A DNA stretch of 63,103 bases, filler included. It is 18 parts of 18 records of this genome, joined end to end, with 100 filler letters (N's around TTAATTAATTAA, not from the genome) between each part and the next. Parts side by side here need not be neighbours in the genome. Positions count along the whole stretch, not along the records: positions 46,425 to 49,044 come from SRR11831580_7103; positions 49,145 to 51,399 come from SRR11831580_7123; positions 51,500 to 54,252 come from SRR11831580_7164; positions 54,353 to 56,966 come from SRR11831580_7185; positions 57,067 to 60,888 come from SRR11831580_7215; 13 more parts are not named here. One strand, written 5' to 3'. The notes under the pieces are model-generated. The model did not search any database. It was not told where the DNA came from and worked only from the letters and a program-made list of their open reading frames with translations. A program made the position numbers and the translations under genes. This document shows, one piece after another, positions 48,233 through 60,766 of the stretch. Each line of letters starts with the position of its first letter. The stretch's first letter is position 1.

Positions 48233-49044
48233 TTATTGCAAACGTTCTAATAAACGAGCCAGTTTTTTATTGCCACCGGCGACTGGCGACCATTGGTAAT
48301 GCACAACCGGTTTGCTGGCGCTTTGTAGCTCCAGCGCAAAGCTGCGTAATCCGATGTTAATCACGGCGACGTTTTCCAGTAATGACGGTGTGTGTTGCTG
48401 TGCGGCAGGCGAGAGCGGATGAATTAACGCTGCCGCCAGCAAGGTGGCTTCCGGTAGCGAACTCACGACCGCAATCCCCGCATCTTCCAGCGTGGCGATT
48501 TGCTGCGAGCGGCATTGCGGGTCACGTTCAGTGCCTGTCACCGTGGCAATGGCATACAGTGGTTGATTATCTAAACGCGCGGCACAGGCTTTTTGCCAGG
48601 CGCTCACCAGCGAGGCGGCAGGATCGGCGGTCGCACCGAAGCCAATCACGACATCAAGCAGCAACACGCGCACTTGCGGTTTAGCGCCGAGATCGGCAAT
48701 TAACTGGTTGCGTAAGGTTGGGTCGATCATCGGATGGGGACGCCCGACGGTGTAGAAATCATCGCCGAGGTCAATAATCTGGTGGCTATCGGCGTCCAGC
48801 ATCATGCCATGTTGATGGGTATCGTCGGCTTCCACGCCAAGGTGTCCGGCAAGTAATCCCGCCGCTTCGGCAGCCAGCGTACCGCCGGTATACAAACCGC
48901 AAATAAATCCGCTGCTGACAGGCGCTATTGCGTTACGTCGCGCCGTGACGCGTGAAAGCAGGCAAGCCAGGCGTGCGGCCTCATCCAGCGAGGAGGCAAA
49001 CCAGACATTCTCGTCGCGGGCCACCGCCGGGGTATAACCTAAAA
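48233..49044 (-). CDS. fdrA: acyl-CoA synthetase-like FdrA (3' part)
   Basis: GLYTGGTLA, DLGDDFYTVGRPHPMIDP, WSPVAGG. Confidence 0.92.
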
Positions 49045-49433
49045 NNNNNNNNNNNNNNNNNNNNNNNNNNNNNNNNNNNNNNNNNNNNTTAATTAATTAA
49101 NNNNNNNNNNNNNNNNNNNNNNNNNNNNNNNNNNNNNNNNNNNNTTTTTTAACTCTCACGCTTACCCTGAATATTCAGGGTAAGCAGTTTAGCTGCAATA
49201 TATTAGTAAAGCTTATTACTGAGTTTGCGAATAATAAAAAAAGCAGTCTATATAATATCTCGATATTATTTTATTTATATTCATGCGTTGCATATGAAAG
49301 TTTATGCACCACAGCGAATATCTCTCCATTCTTAGTGATCTACCTCACCTTTTAAACGCGCTTGCCGAATTTTGTTATTTACTCTGACGAAAAATTGTCA
49401 CGATACACGAAAGTTTTTCACAGGCGGCGACTC

Positions 49434-49769
49434 ATGGATAAAGAACGCATCATTCAGGAATTTGTGCCCGGCAAACAGGTCACACTGGCGCATCTCATCG
49501 CGCATCCCGGTGAGGAACTGGCGAAGAAAATCGGCGTTCCGGATGCGGGCGCAATTGGCATTATGACGCTAACTCCCGGCGAAACGGCGATGATCGCCGG
49601 TGATTTAGCGCTGAAAGCCGCTGATGTGCATATCGGTTTTCTCGACCGATTCAGCGGTGCATTGGTGATTTATGGCTCGGTGGGCGCAGTAGAAGAAGCG
49701 TTATCACAAACCGTCAGCGGTTTAGGTCGCTTATTAAATTATACGCTTTGTGAAATGACCAAAAGTTAA
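49434..49769 (+). CDS. eutS: ethanolamine microcompartment shell protein
   Basis: [32 protein letters not shown]; 111 aa. Confidence 0.96.
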
Positions 49770-49781
49770 TACGAGGCATTC

Positions 49782-50261
49782 ATGAAACGAATTGCGTTTG
49801 TGGGTAGCGTCGGGGCAGGAAAAACAACGTTATTTAATGCGTTGCAGGGGAATTATACCCTCGCCAGAAAAACACAGGCCGTGGAATTTAATGATAAGGG
49901 CGATATTGATACGCCGGGTGAATATTTTAACCATCCCCGCTGGTATCACGCCTTAATTACCACGCTACAGGATGTAGACATGCTGATCTATGTCCATGGC
50001 GCAAATGACCCGGAAAGTCGGTTGCCTGCCGGGTTGCTGGATATTGGCGTCAGCAAACGGCAAATCGCCGTCATCAGTAAAACGGACATGCCAGATGCTG
50101 ACGTCGCCGCAACGCGAAAGTTATTGCTTGAGACGGGTTTCGAAGAGCCGATGTTCGAGCTAAACAGCCACGACCCGCAAAGCGTGCAGCAACTGGTGGA
50201 TTATCTGGCATCTCTCACCAAACAGGAGGAAGCAGGTGAAAAAACTCATCACAGCGAATGA
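49782..50261 (+). CDS. eutP: EutP/PduV P-loop protein
   Basis: GSVGAGKTT, DTPGEY. Confidence 0.96.
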   Translation: MKRIAFVGSVGAGKTTLFNALQGNYTLARKTQAVEFNDKGDIDTPGEYFNHPRWYHALITTLQDVDMLIYVHGANDPESRLPAGLLDIGVSKRQIAVISKTDMPDADVAATRKLLLETGFEEPMFELNSHDPQSVQQLVDYLASLTKQEEAGEKTHHSE

Positions 50262-50936
50262 TATTCGTGAAGCACACGCGCGCGGCGAACAGGCAATGTC
50301 CGTGGTTCTGCGCGCCAGCATTATTACCCCGGAAGCCCGTGAAGTGGCGGATCTACTGGGTTTTACCATCACCGAATGTGATGAATCGATCCCGGTAACG
50401 GCGTCCGTGCCCGCCAGCGTGCCAGCCGACAAAACCGAAAGCCAGCGCATCCGCGAAACCATCATTGCCCAGCTGCCGGAAGGCCAGTTTACCGAAAGCC
50501 TGGTCGCACAGCTGATGGAAAAAGTGATGAAGGAAAACAGTCGCTGGAGCAGGGCGCAATGCAGCCGAGCTTCAAATCGGTGACCGGCAAAGGCGGCATC
50601 AAAGTGATTGATGGCAGTAGCGTCAAGTTTGGTCGTTTCGACGGCGCAGAGCCGCATTGCGTGGGCTTGACTGATCTTGTGACCGGAGACGACGGCAGCA
50701 GCATGGCCGCCGGTTTTATGCAGTGGGAGAACGCATTCTTCCCGTGGACCCTGAACTACGACGAAATCGACATGGTGCTGGAAGGGGAGCTGCATGTTCG
50801 CCACGAAGGCCAAACCATGATCGCCAAAGCAGGCGACGTGATGTTTATCCCGAAAGGCTCCAGCATCGAATTTGGTACGACATCCAGCGTGAAATTCCTG
50901 TATGTCGCCTGGCCGGCTAACTGGCAATCCCTATGA
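50236..50936 (+). CDS. eutQ: EutQ cupin protein, split by a 1-nt deletion in an A-run
   Basis: N-half KKLITANDIRE and C-half cupin WTLNYDEID are in different frames. GGAAAACAG at 50532-50540 needs one more A to read KEKQSLEQ; span is 701 nt. Confidence 0.92.
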
Positions 50937-51399
50937 AAGATTTCATCACCGAAGCATGGCTAAGAGCGAACCATACGCTCAGCGAAGGCGCAGAGATCCA
51001 TCTCCCTGCGGACAGTCGCCTGACGCCCTCTGCCCGGGAGTTGCTGGAAAGCCGCCATCTGCGCATCAAGTTTATTGACGAGCAGGGCCGCCTGTTTGTT
51101 GACGATGAACAGCAGCAGCCGCAGCCCGTTCATGGGCTGACCAGTAGCGATGAACATCCGCAGGCGTGCTGCGAACTGTGTCGCCAGCCGGTGGCAAAAA
51201 AGCCGGATACGCTGACTCACCTGTCGGCGGAAAAAATGGTCGCCAAAAGCGATCCGCGTCTGGGTTTTCGCGCGGTTCTCGACAGCACCATTGCGCTGGC
51301 AGTGTGGCTGCAAATTGAACTGGCGGAACCGTGGCAGCCGTGGCTGGCGGATATCCGTTCGCGTCTTGGCAACATTATGCGCGCCGATGCGCTGGGGGA
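50933..51399 (+). CDS. eutT: cobalamin adenosyltransferase (5' part)
   Basis: MKDFITEAWLR, HPQACCELC, KPDTLTHL. Confidence 0.95.
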
Positions 51400-51678
51400 N
51401 NNNNNNNNNNNNNNNNNNNNNNNNNNNNNNNNNNNNNNNNNNNTTAATTAATTAANNNNNNNNNNNNNNNNNNNNNNNNNNNNNNNNNNNNNNNNNNNNG
51501 ATTTTTATCACAAAGGAAATATGCCTGAGCAGCAGTCAGAGACATAACTGGCACGTAAGGTTTGCAACCACTAACCCACCAATAGAGGGGTAGATAGGGC
51601 GTTAATCTCCCATACTTAACCTGGTTTATGGTAAATTGCCCTCCATTTTGTTTAATTTGTAGATGATACGTTCAGATA

Positions 51679-52908
51679 ATGTCTAATATTTGGTCTAAAG
51701 AAGAAACTCTGTGGAGTTTCGCGCTCTACGGCACAGCCGTTGGTGCAGGCACGCTCTTCCTTCCTATTCAGTTAGGTTCGGCAGGGGCTGTGGTCCTGTT
51801 TATTACTGCTCTGGTCGCCTGGCCTTTAACATATTGGCCACATAAAGCCTTGTGCCAGTTCATCCTCTCATCAAAAACATCAGCAGGTGAAGGGATAACG
51901 GGCGCGGTAACACACTACTATGGCAAGAAGATTGGTAATCTGATTACCACGCTGTACTTCATCGCCTTTTTTGTCGTCGTGTTGATATATGCAGTGGCAA
52001 TTACCAACTCACTTACGGAACAGCTGGCAAAGCATATGGTTATTGATCTTCGCATCCGTATGTTGGTGAGTCTGGGTGTTGTATTAATTCTGAATCTCAT
52101 TTTTCTGATGGGACGTCATGCCACTATTCGGGTAATGGGATTTTTGGTATTCCCATTGATTGCCTATTTCTTATTTCTTTCCATTTACCTTGTCGGTAGT
52201 TGGCAACCTGATCTATTAACAACCCAGGTAGAGTTCAATCAGAATACCCTTCACCAGATATGGATATCGATTCCCGTGATGGTTTTCGCCTTTAGCCATA
52301 CGCCCATTATTTCTACGTTTGCCATAGACAGACGTGAAAAATATGGCGAACACGCTATGGATAAATGCAAAAAAATTATGAAAGTCGCTTATCTCATCAT
52401 CTGCATAAGTGTACTGTTCTTTGTCTTTAGCTGCCTGCTTTCTATTCCACCTTCGTATATTGAAGCTGCTAAAGAAGAAGGGGTCACCATTTTATCGGCG
52501 CTTTCTATGCTGCCGAACGCCCCAGCATGGTTGTCAATTTCCGGGATTATTGTCGCAGTAGTTGCGATGTCGAAATCATTCCTGGGTACGTACTTTGGCG
52601 TTATTGAAGGTGCCACAGAGGTCGTCAAAACAACACTACAGCAGGTTGGTGTAAAGAAAAGTCGTGCATTTAACCGCGCACTATCAATTATGTTGGTATC
52701 GCTGATTACCTTCATTGTTTGTTGCATTAACCCGAACGCGATTTCGATGATTTACGCGATCAGCGGCCCGCTCATTGCCATGATACTTTTCATCATGCCT
52801 ACGCTGTCAACGTATCTCATCCCGGCGCTTAAACCCTGGCGTTCCATCGGAAATCTGATTACGCTGATCGTGGGTATCCTGTGCGTATCGGTAATGTTCT
52901 TTAGCTAA
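51679..52908 (+). CDS. yqeG: HAAAP-family amino acid transporter
   Basis: 409 aa, YGTAVGAGTLFLPI, FAFSHTP. Confidence 0.9.
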   Translation: MSNIWSKEETLWSFALYGTAVGAGTLFLPIQLGSAGAVVLFITALVAWPLTYWPHKALCQFILSSKTSAGEGITGAVTHYYGKKIGNLITTLYFIAFFVVVLIYAVAITNSLTEQLAKHMVIDLRIRMLVSLGVVLILNLIFLMGRHATIRVMGFLVFPLIAYFLFLSIYLVGSWQPDLLTTQVEFNQNTLHQIWISIPVMVFAFSHTPIISTFAIDRREKYGEHAMDKCKKIMKVAYLIICISVLFFVFSCLLSIPPSYIEAAKEEGVTILSALSMLPNAPAWLSISGIIVAVVAMSKSFLGTYFGVIEGATEVVKTTLQQVGVKKSRAFNRALSIMLVSLITFIVCCINPNAISMIYAISGPLIAMILFIMPTLSTYLIPALKPWRSIGNLITLIVGILCVSVMFFS

Positions 52909-52920
52909 TATCAGTTGTGG

Positions 52921-52951
52921 ATGGTTCAAAATTGCTACAATTTTGAACCAT
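52921..52951. terminator. inverted repeat after yqeG (possible terminator)
   Basis: ATGGTTCAAAATTG-CTA-CAATTTTGAACCAT perfect 14-bp stem. Confidence 0.6.
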
Positions 52952-53367
52952 TCCATTTTTCATAATATTCATTTGTTATTATTCCACCCTATCACTTCTC
53001 TCGTCATATCCTAGTATTATCAGTTAGTTAAACACACAAAGAGATCTGAACATCTTAAATAAGACTATTTAAGATGCATAACTTAGATTCGCAAGATATC
53101 TTCTGGTCATTCAAAAACAATTTGCGATATAGATATTCTTATACCATGAGATAGTTATCTGGACCGCTCTCAACCATGCAAGATTAAATCAGTGAAACAT
53201 AATCATATTTGATAACGAGAAATGCATTTTTAAATGCCTTACTCAGAATTATAGCAAATACAGATTAATCGCAATTTTTCCCGGCAAAATTACAAAATCA
53301 TGGTGTATTGACATCATCAATAACCAATGAAATTATGCAATTATATACGGATAGGGAGGTTCTTAAC

Positions 53368-54000
53368 ATGGGGCTTTGTAGTCGTTATAAAAGTCTTACA
53401 TGCAATAGTTGCTCAATGCATTGCCAAATAATGCCAGAAGAGTCACCGCGTTTGCAGTATTGCGCAAACTCGTGTTTTTGTATGTGGCCCGAAGAAAGTT
53501 CATATTTTAATCGTGGTGTGGTAGAAGGTATCTTAACAAAAAACCACAATGCGAGATTAAGCGGATATATTTTTGTCGATTTTTCAGTAAGTTTTTTACG
53601 TCTATTCCTTGAAAAAGACTGGATTGACTATCTTGCAAGTACTGACATGGGGATTGTTTTAGTCAGCGACCGCAATATGCAATCGTTAGCTAATTACTGG
53701 CGAAAACACAACTCAGCAATATCTGCTGTCATATATAATGATGATGGTCTTGATGTTGCCAATGAAAAGATCAGACAACTATTTATTGGTCGTTATTTAT
53801 CATTTACCGGAGGTAACACATTAACTCAGATGGAATTCACCATAATGGGGTATATGGTTTCTGGTTATAATCCATATCAGATTGCTGAAGTTCTGGATAT
53901 GGATATCCGTAGCATCTACGCGTACAAGCAACGAATCGAAAAGAGAATGGGTGGTAAAATAAACGAATTATTTATTCGTTCACATTCGGTCCAACATTGA
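53368..54000 (+). CDS. yqeH: LuxR-HTH regulator at the start of the AT-rich ETT2 region
   Basis: MGLCSRYKSLTCNSC..., C-terminal HTH (IAEVLDMDIRSIYAYKQRI); low GC. Confidence 0.88.
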   Translation: MGLCSRYKSLTCNSCSMHCQIMPEESPRLQYCANSCFCMWPEESSYFNRGVVEGILTKNHNARLSGYIFVDFSVSFLRLFLEKDWIDYLASTDMGIVLVSDRNMQSLANYWRKHNSAISAVIYNDDGLDVANEKIRQLFIGRYLSFTGGNTLTQMEFTIMGYMVSGYNPYQIAEVLDMDIRSIYAYKQRIEKRMGGKINELFIRSHSVQH

Positions 54001-54227
54001 TACTCAACGACCAGCCAGAATCATACTCTGTTTATACGGGCATTTATTGAAATGTCCGTATTTTATAAATAGGCCGTCCCCTCAAGAGTAAACACCATAG
54101 TATTTAAAACCCATCACACGAAAAATTCAGAAGCATTACGAAATATGAATTTACAAACAATAGTGGCATAAATGTTAACCATGTTAATTTACGTAAAGTT
54201 TTACGTTGCAACATTAAAGCCTCATTT

Positions 54228-54252
54228 CGTAATAACTTCGTATAGCATACAT
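54228..54252 (+). other. 454 Titanium paired-end linker remnant (partial loxP)
   Basis: CGTAATAACTTCGTATAGCATACAT at contig end. Confidence 0.93.
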
Positions 54253-54403
54253 NNNNNNNNNNNNNNNNNNNNNNNNNNNNNNNNNNNNNNNNNNNNTTAA
54301 TTAATTAANNNNNNNNNNNNNNNNNNNNNNNNNNNNNNNNNNNNNNNNNNNNCCATGAAGAGGAGAGCGCAAAAACGAACACGGTGCGACCCTGTCAACA
54401 TAC

Positions 54404-56833
54404 GGTGAATGTAGTGGTACGAGTTCCGCAGCAGGTACGGATCGAAGGGGAAGAACGTCTCGAGCGACAGCGCAAGCGGTCTGAAGAACACGCACACACA
54501 AAATGTAAGATACAACACATGTACAACCACAGCGCGGCGGTGACCAACTACACACACACAACACAACACAGCGCGATCGACATTCGAATCCTCGGTCCCC
54601 GAACTGCATAACCCGAAAAAAAAATGCGCAATAACCCACACACCAAGTTACATATGCACAAAAAACACATCGACTCGCAAAAAAATACGAACCGGAAGGA
54701 CGCGTTGAGCAGACCGCCATCCACGCTCGCCAGGTTACGGTGCGAAACGAGACCCAGCGGATGAAAGATTTTGAGGAACTGCTTTGCAACGATGGAGGAG
54801 ATAACCAGAAGAGGGGAGAGATGCGAGTCGATGATACGCCGCAACTGCAATCCCTGCAGGAACTCCATGCCGTTGTCCATGGCGCAGAGGTGCTTCTGTC
54901 GGAAGCAGAGCATGTAGAACAAGGCCTGACCACACACACACACACACAGCATGTCAGCGTGTACTGTTCACACACAGATGCAGAGAACAGGCTGAACAGA
55001 GCATGTGGAACACGCACGAATCCACCACAGGGACACACATACTGAGCACACACACGACAGGCACGCACCTGGCACACGCTGTAGAACACGCCATGCGCTG
55101 CGGTCTGCTCAGAGGCATCAGCAAACATCATCATATGCGCCCCACTCGCATCGCTGTCATGGGCCGCCAGCTGTGTGGCATCGATGTGCCCTATCAGGTA
55201 CGCGGACATGAACGTGATGGACTGACACACGTGCTGCTGCAAGCTGACAAACGAGGCCCGGGACAGGAAGCTGGCGATGTACCCCGCGCAGGTGCGCCGT
55301 GTGAGGGTTGGTTGGCGGTTGTCGAAGAGGATGTCGTGCAGATAGACCAGGAACCGGTCGGCGTATTGTGTGTCCAGGGAGCACATGTAGAACATGAGGA
55401 ACTGCGTGTACTTGCTGCGGTGCGTGTTGAGGATAAACTACAAGCACATACACACACAAAGAGAGAGAGAGAGGTCAGCAAAGATACGAACGCGGCAGTG
55501 AAAAGCACTCAGGACTAACAAAGGGAAACGAGAGGTGCACAAGCCATCGACAGCTTCACACGATACCCGCACGCACACATCATAATAGCGTCACATGAAA
55601 CACGTCCATCTACACGCAAACATGCACAAGACCAATGACAGTTATGTGTGTGCTATGAAGTGGATGAATGCGAAACGAGAGGGACAGGGACAAGCAATAC
55701 CTGGTCAAAGGCATGTAGCATGCACTCAAACACAGTCTGCCGAACCTCCAGCAGCGACCGTGACCCGCACGAGGCGTTCAGGTGCTGCAACACAAGCTCC
55801 ATCAGAATGTCCAGTTTATCCGCCATTATGTGCACATGGTCCGTGCGCTGCACAGCAAACGCTGCACACTCCGAGGGAGTCATCACAGGGACGGGCGGAG
55901 GCGACGGCGCAGGGCCGGTCGTGTCTCCTTCAATCTCAACCTCAAACATCAACTCATCTTGTGCGCGGGCTTGCTCCGCTGCAACAAGTTCTGCACCTAG
56001 TGCATCTTCGTCATCAATGACGATCTGGACATCAATCTCAACCATCTTGTCCACCAACAGGGACAGCACCCGCTCCCGTAGGAGGGGCGCGTAGGTCACA
56101 ATGTGCAGCAAGTTCGACACGTAGACCGCATGCACTTCAATCTCGCGGGCACTGTACGGGAAGTACGAGCGCAAATGTTCATAAAGAGGCTTCGTAGCCG
56201 TAGGGACAAGATTCAAGATTGCATGAAGCATTTGGTGGATGCGTGCGAACCGCTCATCCGACCGACCTGAAAACACACACATTCTCGCCCATGAGAAGAA
56301 AATTCATCAGAGCGTAAGCAGCAGTACGCACCAGAGTCATCGATCGAATTCGACGGAAGGAGACCTTGCACTAATACTTCCACGACTGCGGAGGTCCAGT
56401 AGCCTTGAGCGGATACGAGGTTGATGAGAAACTCTCCATACGCTTGCGCGATAGTAGCGTCAGCGGTCCAATCAAACTGCACCTCACTGTGAACTTCCTT
56501 GCACCAAAGCAAGTGATCAGCACACACCTTGACAGCCCGCTCCACTAATTCTGAGCAATCTTTGGTGAGTAGCGAAACGGAAAGTGTTAACGCCTTGAAC
56601 CATAGCGCCTACAAACAAAGTTATTACATGACCACGATACCGAGCTGCAGTTCGTACATGATTACCATCCGAGAAAATCCGTTGCAGAAGCTGCTCGTAT
56701 GTCTTGTTGTTATTGATCTACGACGTATTAGCACATCCCAGGATACATGGAAACTAGATGCACCTCTAGCCTCTGTACCACGGCAGCTTGCACGACCGAT
56801 ACGAAAAGAAGAGACGGCGAGTTCGACGGTCAT
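54404..56833 (-). CDS. RRN3: eukaryotic spliced RNA polymerase I initiation factor RRN3/TIF-IA (3' end missing)
   Basis: Exons include 56266-55701, 55437-55069, 54925-54693 and 54480-54404 plus short 5' exons. Motifs ADKLDILM, ILNTHRSKYTQFLMFY, YIASFLSRA, FYSVCQALFYMLCFR and FFPFDPYLL. Exact start uncertain; possible extra base in the run at 56804-56807. Confidence 0.9.
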
Positions 56834-57066
56834 GACTCCCATACTAACTTACATCGCATACACTCAAACTTACGGGGGAGAGCAGACCGCAGCCACGCAC
56901 AAAAATGACACAAGGAATGGACTGCAGCCTTTTTCCGCAGCAGCTTGTGGTCCCATGAAGTTTCCGNNNNNNNNNNNNNNNNNNNNNNNNNNNNNNNNNN
57001 NNNNNNNNNNTTAATTAATTAANNNNNNNNNNNNNNNNNNNNNNNNNNNNNNNNNNNNNNNNNNNN

Positions 57067-58592
57067 GACTACTACGGCTGGCAGTAGATCGGCGCTGGCA
57101 TGGTTTGAGGGCTGTGTCAGTTGTTGCTGGCATGATTTCAGTACGGCAACTGCGGGTGTCGAGAGCCAGGGAATGACCTGTTCTGCCAGTGCTGGTTGTG
57201 AGATAAGCATTGTCATTAGCATAATGCGCCAACTGTTCTCTTCTTTTTGCCCAAGAAGTTCCGTCAGTGCCGCCATTGCTGCATGTGGGAACGCAGCAAT
57301 GGCTTTCGTCATCCGATCGTGACAGCGTTTAGTTTGCCCGGCTACACGTATAAGCAGTGTCAATGCGAACGGATGATTGATATGACGCAACACATCGGCG
57401 CAGTAGTCACTTGCGGCATAGGGAGCAAATCGGGGCAGGGCTGCAACACCTTGCTCCTGTAATACGGTGGCTGACCATATCGCACCACAATAGTAATCAT
57501 CAAAAATGGCATATGGTTCGTGATATTTTTCTAATGAGGCAAGAATGTGCTCATCAGTCGCCACTATTTTTAACCACTCAAGCGAGGGTAATTTTTTTGC
57601 CCCAGTAGACGCTGGGCAATTTCATGTGCAATTTCTGGTTTTTCGGGTAATAACAAAGCAATTAATGGTTGCCGCCATTCTGGAATATGTGGAATTGCGG
57701 CAATAAGTTTTTGTGCACATTTTTGCCAGAGAGACTCTTCCGTCAGTGATAAATGTTTACGTAGGCGTCATTCAAATCTGGAATATTGCTCCAAGTAGCT
57801 AGGTGCAATGCCAGACGGCAGAATAATAATGACATTATTCGCATAATCCCATTCAATATCAATCTGTTGAAGGTGTATTATTACATCAGTAGCATATTCC
57901 AGACCGCCTTCCTGGACGATCTGATCCATAACATCCTCACGCACTTTATATCTTGTGCATTTCATTTCAAGTGCCGTGAGTACAGCCATTACTGGTGATG
58001 GTAACTGTGTTGTTTTCAGGCCGTCGATCTGACTGATCGCCTGGGCGACGGTGTTTTGCCATTCTAAAGAACAGGCGCTGAAGTCAAATGTGGCTGTTTT
58101 ATTATCCCGTTGCGACACACTACAGGCTAAGCGACGTAATTGGGGCAATTTGTCTGCTTGCTGAACAGGAACTCCGGGAAAGCGGCGATGACTTAACGTG
58201 GTGTGTACAACTTCGGGCGGAAAAACGACAGCAATATCTTTCGCCAGCCACGGTAAAACAGCATCTGTATTTTTGTCAGGCGCACGGGTTTCTGCTACGA
58301 AAGAGGGTTGTTCCTGAATAATGGTGGATAAGTCCGCTACCTTGAGAGAGCCCGTTACCGTTTGGGAAGGTTGCAAAGAATTATCCTTCGCTTGCTCCAC
58401 ATACCCCTTCTTCACCTTCTCCGCAATCAGCTTAAGCTCCGCTTTTGCCGCTGCCGCAGCATCTGAAAAACTTTTTATCTGGCTTTGCCCTTTGGTGCCA
58501 ACTTTTCCCCAACTGATATGCAACTCGTTTCCCTGTTGCTCAACTGCCCTGAATTTATGTGATTTTTCGTCCTGATAGATAAAGTGTCTCAT
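57067..58592 (-). pseudogene. molR: interrupted WGR-domain molybdate metabolism regulator (molR/yehF-yehH)
   Basis: WGR-like N-terminus (ISWGKVGTKGQ). TGA at 57770-57768 with the frame continuing beyond it, then an apparent frameshift in the A7 run at 57592-57598 before the downstream ORF. Confidence 0.82.
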
Positions 58593-58699
58593 TCTGCATC
58601 CCTGTAATTTTATCCAGTTGAATGCAGATGCTACCAGTATTTATGCGGGTTAGAGAGAGACAAAATCGCAAGAAAACAACTTTAGGAATTTATAAAGAA

Positions 58700-58723
58700 A
58701 AGGCGCTGTCGATGCAGCGCCTT
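58700..58723 (-). terminator. terminator after metG
   Basis: AAGGCGCTG..CAGCGCCTT stem followed by T-run on minus strand. Confidence 0.7.
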
Positions 58724-58732
58724 GAAGGGGGA

Positions 58733-60766
58733 TTATTTCACCTGATGACCCGGTTTAGCACCGGCATCCGGGCTTAGCAGGAAAATATCTTTCCCGCCAG
58801 GACCGGCAGCCATCACCATGCCTTCAGAGATACCGAAGCGCATTTTACGTGGTGCCAGGTTAGCCACCATAATGGTGTGACGACCAATCAGTGCCTGCGG
58901 ATCCGGGTAAGCAGAACGAATACCGGAGAAGACATTGCGTTTTTCACCGCCGAGATCCAGCGTCAGGCGCAGCAGTTTGTCAGAACCTTCAACAAACTCT
59001 GCGTTTTCAATCAGCGCCACGCGCAGGTCAACTTTAGCGAAGTCGTCAAAGGTGATGGTTTCCTGAATCGGATCATCTGCCAGCGGGCCAGTTACCGGCG
59101 CGGCAGCGGCTTTTACTTCTTCTTTAGAGGCTTCCACCAGTGCTTCAACCTGCCTCATATCGATGCGGTTATACAGCGCCTTGAACGGATTCACTTTGTG
59201 GCCCAGCAGCGGTTGCTGGATACCATCCCAGGTCAGTTCCGTATTGAGGAATGCTTCTGCACGCTCGGTCAGTTTCGGCAGTACCGGCTTCAGGTAAGTC
59301 ATCAGCACGCGGAACAGGTTGATGCCCATTGAGCAAATTGCCTGCAGGTCGGCATCGCGGCCTTCCTGTTTCGCCACCACCCACGGAGCCTGTTCATCGA
59401 CATAGCGGTTAGCCAGATCAGCCAGCGCCATGATTTCGCGCACGGCTTTACCAAATTCACGGCTTTCCCACGCTTCACCAATCACTTCAGCGGCATCAGT
59501 GAAGGTTTTGTACAACTGCGGGTCAGCCAGTTCGCTTGCCAGCACGCCGTCAAAACGCTTGTTGATAAAGCCCGCATTACGGGAGGCCAGGTTAACCACT
59601 TTGTTAACGATATCGGCATTCACACGCTGAACGAAATCTTCCAGGTTGAGATCGATATCATCAATGCGCGAAGAGAGTTTCGCAGTGTAGTAGTAACGCA
59701 GGCTGTCTGCGTCAAAATGATTCAGCCAGGTGCTGGCTTTAATAAAGGTGCCGCGAGACTTGGACATCTTTGCGCCGTTCACCGTCACATAGCCATGAAC
59801 AAACAGGTTGGACGGCTTGCGGAAGTTGCTGCCTTCCAGCATGGCAGGCCAGAACAGGCTGTGGAAGTAAACAATATCTTTACCGATGAAGTGGTACAGC
59901 TCGGCGGTGGAGTCTTTCTTCCAGTATTCATCGAAGCTTACGCTGTCGCCGCGCTTGTCGCACAGATTCTTGAAAGAACCCATGTAGCCAATCGGTGCGT
60001 CCAGCCAGACGTAGAAATATTTGCCCGGCGCGTTCGGAATTTCAAAACCGAAGTAAGGGGCGTCGCGGGAGATATCCCACTGTTGCAGGCCAGATTCAAA
60101 CCACTCCTGCATTTTATTTGCCACCTGCTCCTGCAACGCACCGCTGCGGGTCCATGCCTGCAACATTTCGCTGAAAGAGGGCAGATCAAAGAAGAAGTGT
60201 TCAGAATCACGCATTACCGGCGTAGCGCCAGAAACCACCGATTTCGGCTCGATCAGTTCAGTCGGGCTGTAGGTCGCGCCGCAGACTTCGCAGTTATCGC
60301 CGTATTGATCCGGGGATTTACATTTCGGGCAGGTGCCTTTCACAAAACGGTCCGGCAGGAACATGCCTTTTTCCGGATCGTACAGCTGAGAGATGGTGCG
60401 GTTTTTAATAAAACCGTTTTCTTTCAGGCGAGAGTAGATAAGTTCTGACAACTGGCGGTTCTCTTCGCTGTGCGTCGAGTGATAGTTGTCATAGCTGATG
60501 TTAAAGCCTGCGAAATCAGTCTGATGCTCCTGACTCATTTCGCCAATCATCTGCTCCGGGGTGATACCAAGCTGCTGAGCTTTCAGCATGATCGGTGTAC
60601 CGTGGGCATCGTCGGCGCAGATGAAGTTGACCTCGTGGCCGCGCATTCGCTGGTAACGGACCCAGACATCAGCCTGGATGTGCTCCAGCATATGGCCGAG
60701 GTGGATTGAGCCGTTAGCGTACGGCAGTGCGCACGTCACCAGAATTTTCTTCGCGACTTGAGTCAT
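58733..60766 (-). CDS. metG: methionyl-tRNA synthetase
   Basis: HLGH and KMSKS motifs, Zn knuckles, C-terminal tRNA-binding domain; 677 aa from MTQVAKK. Confidence 0.99.
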
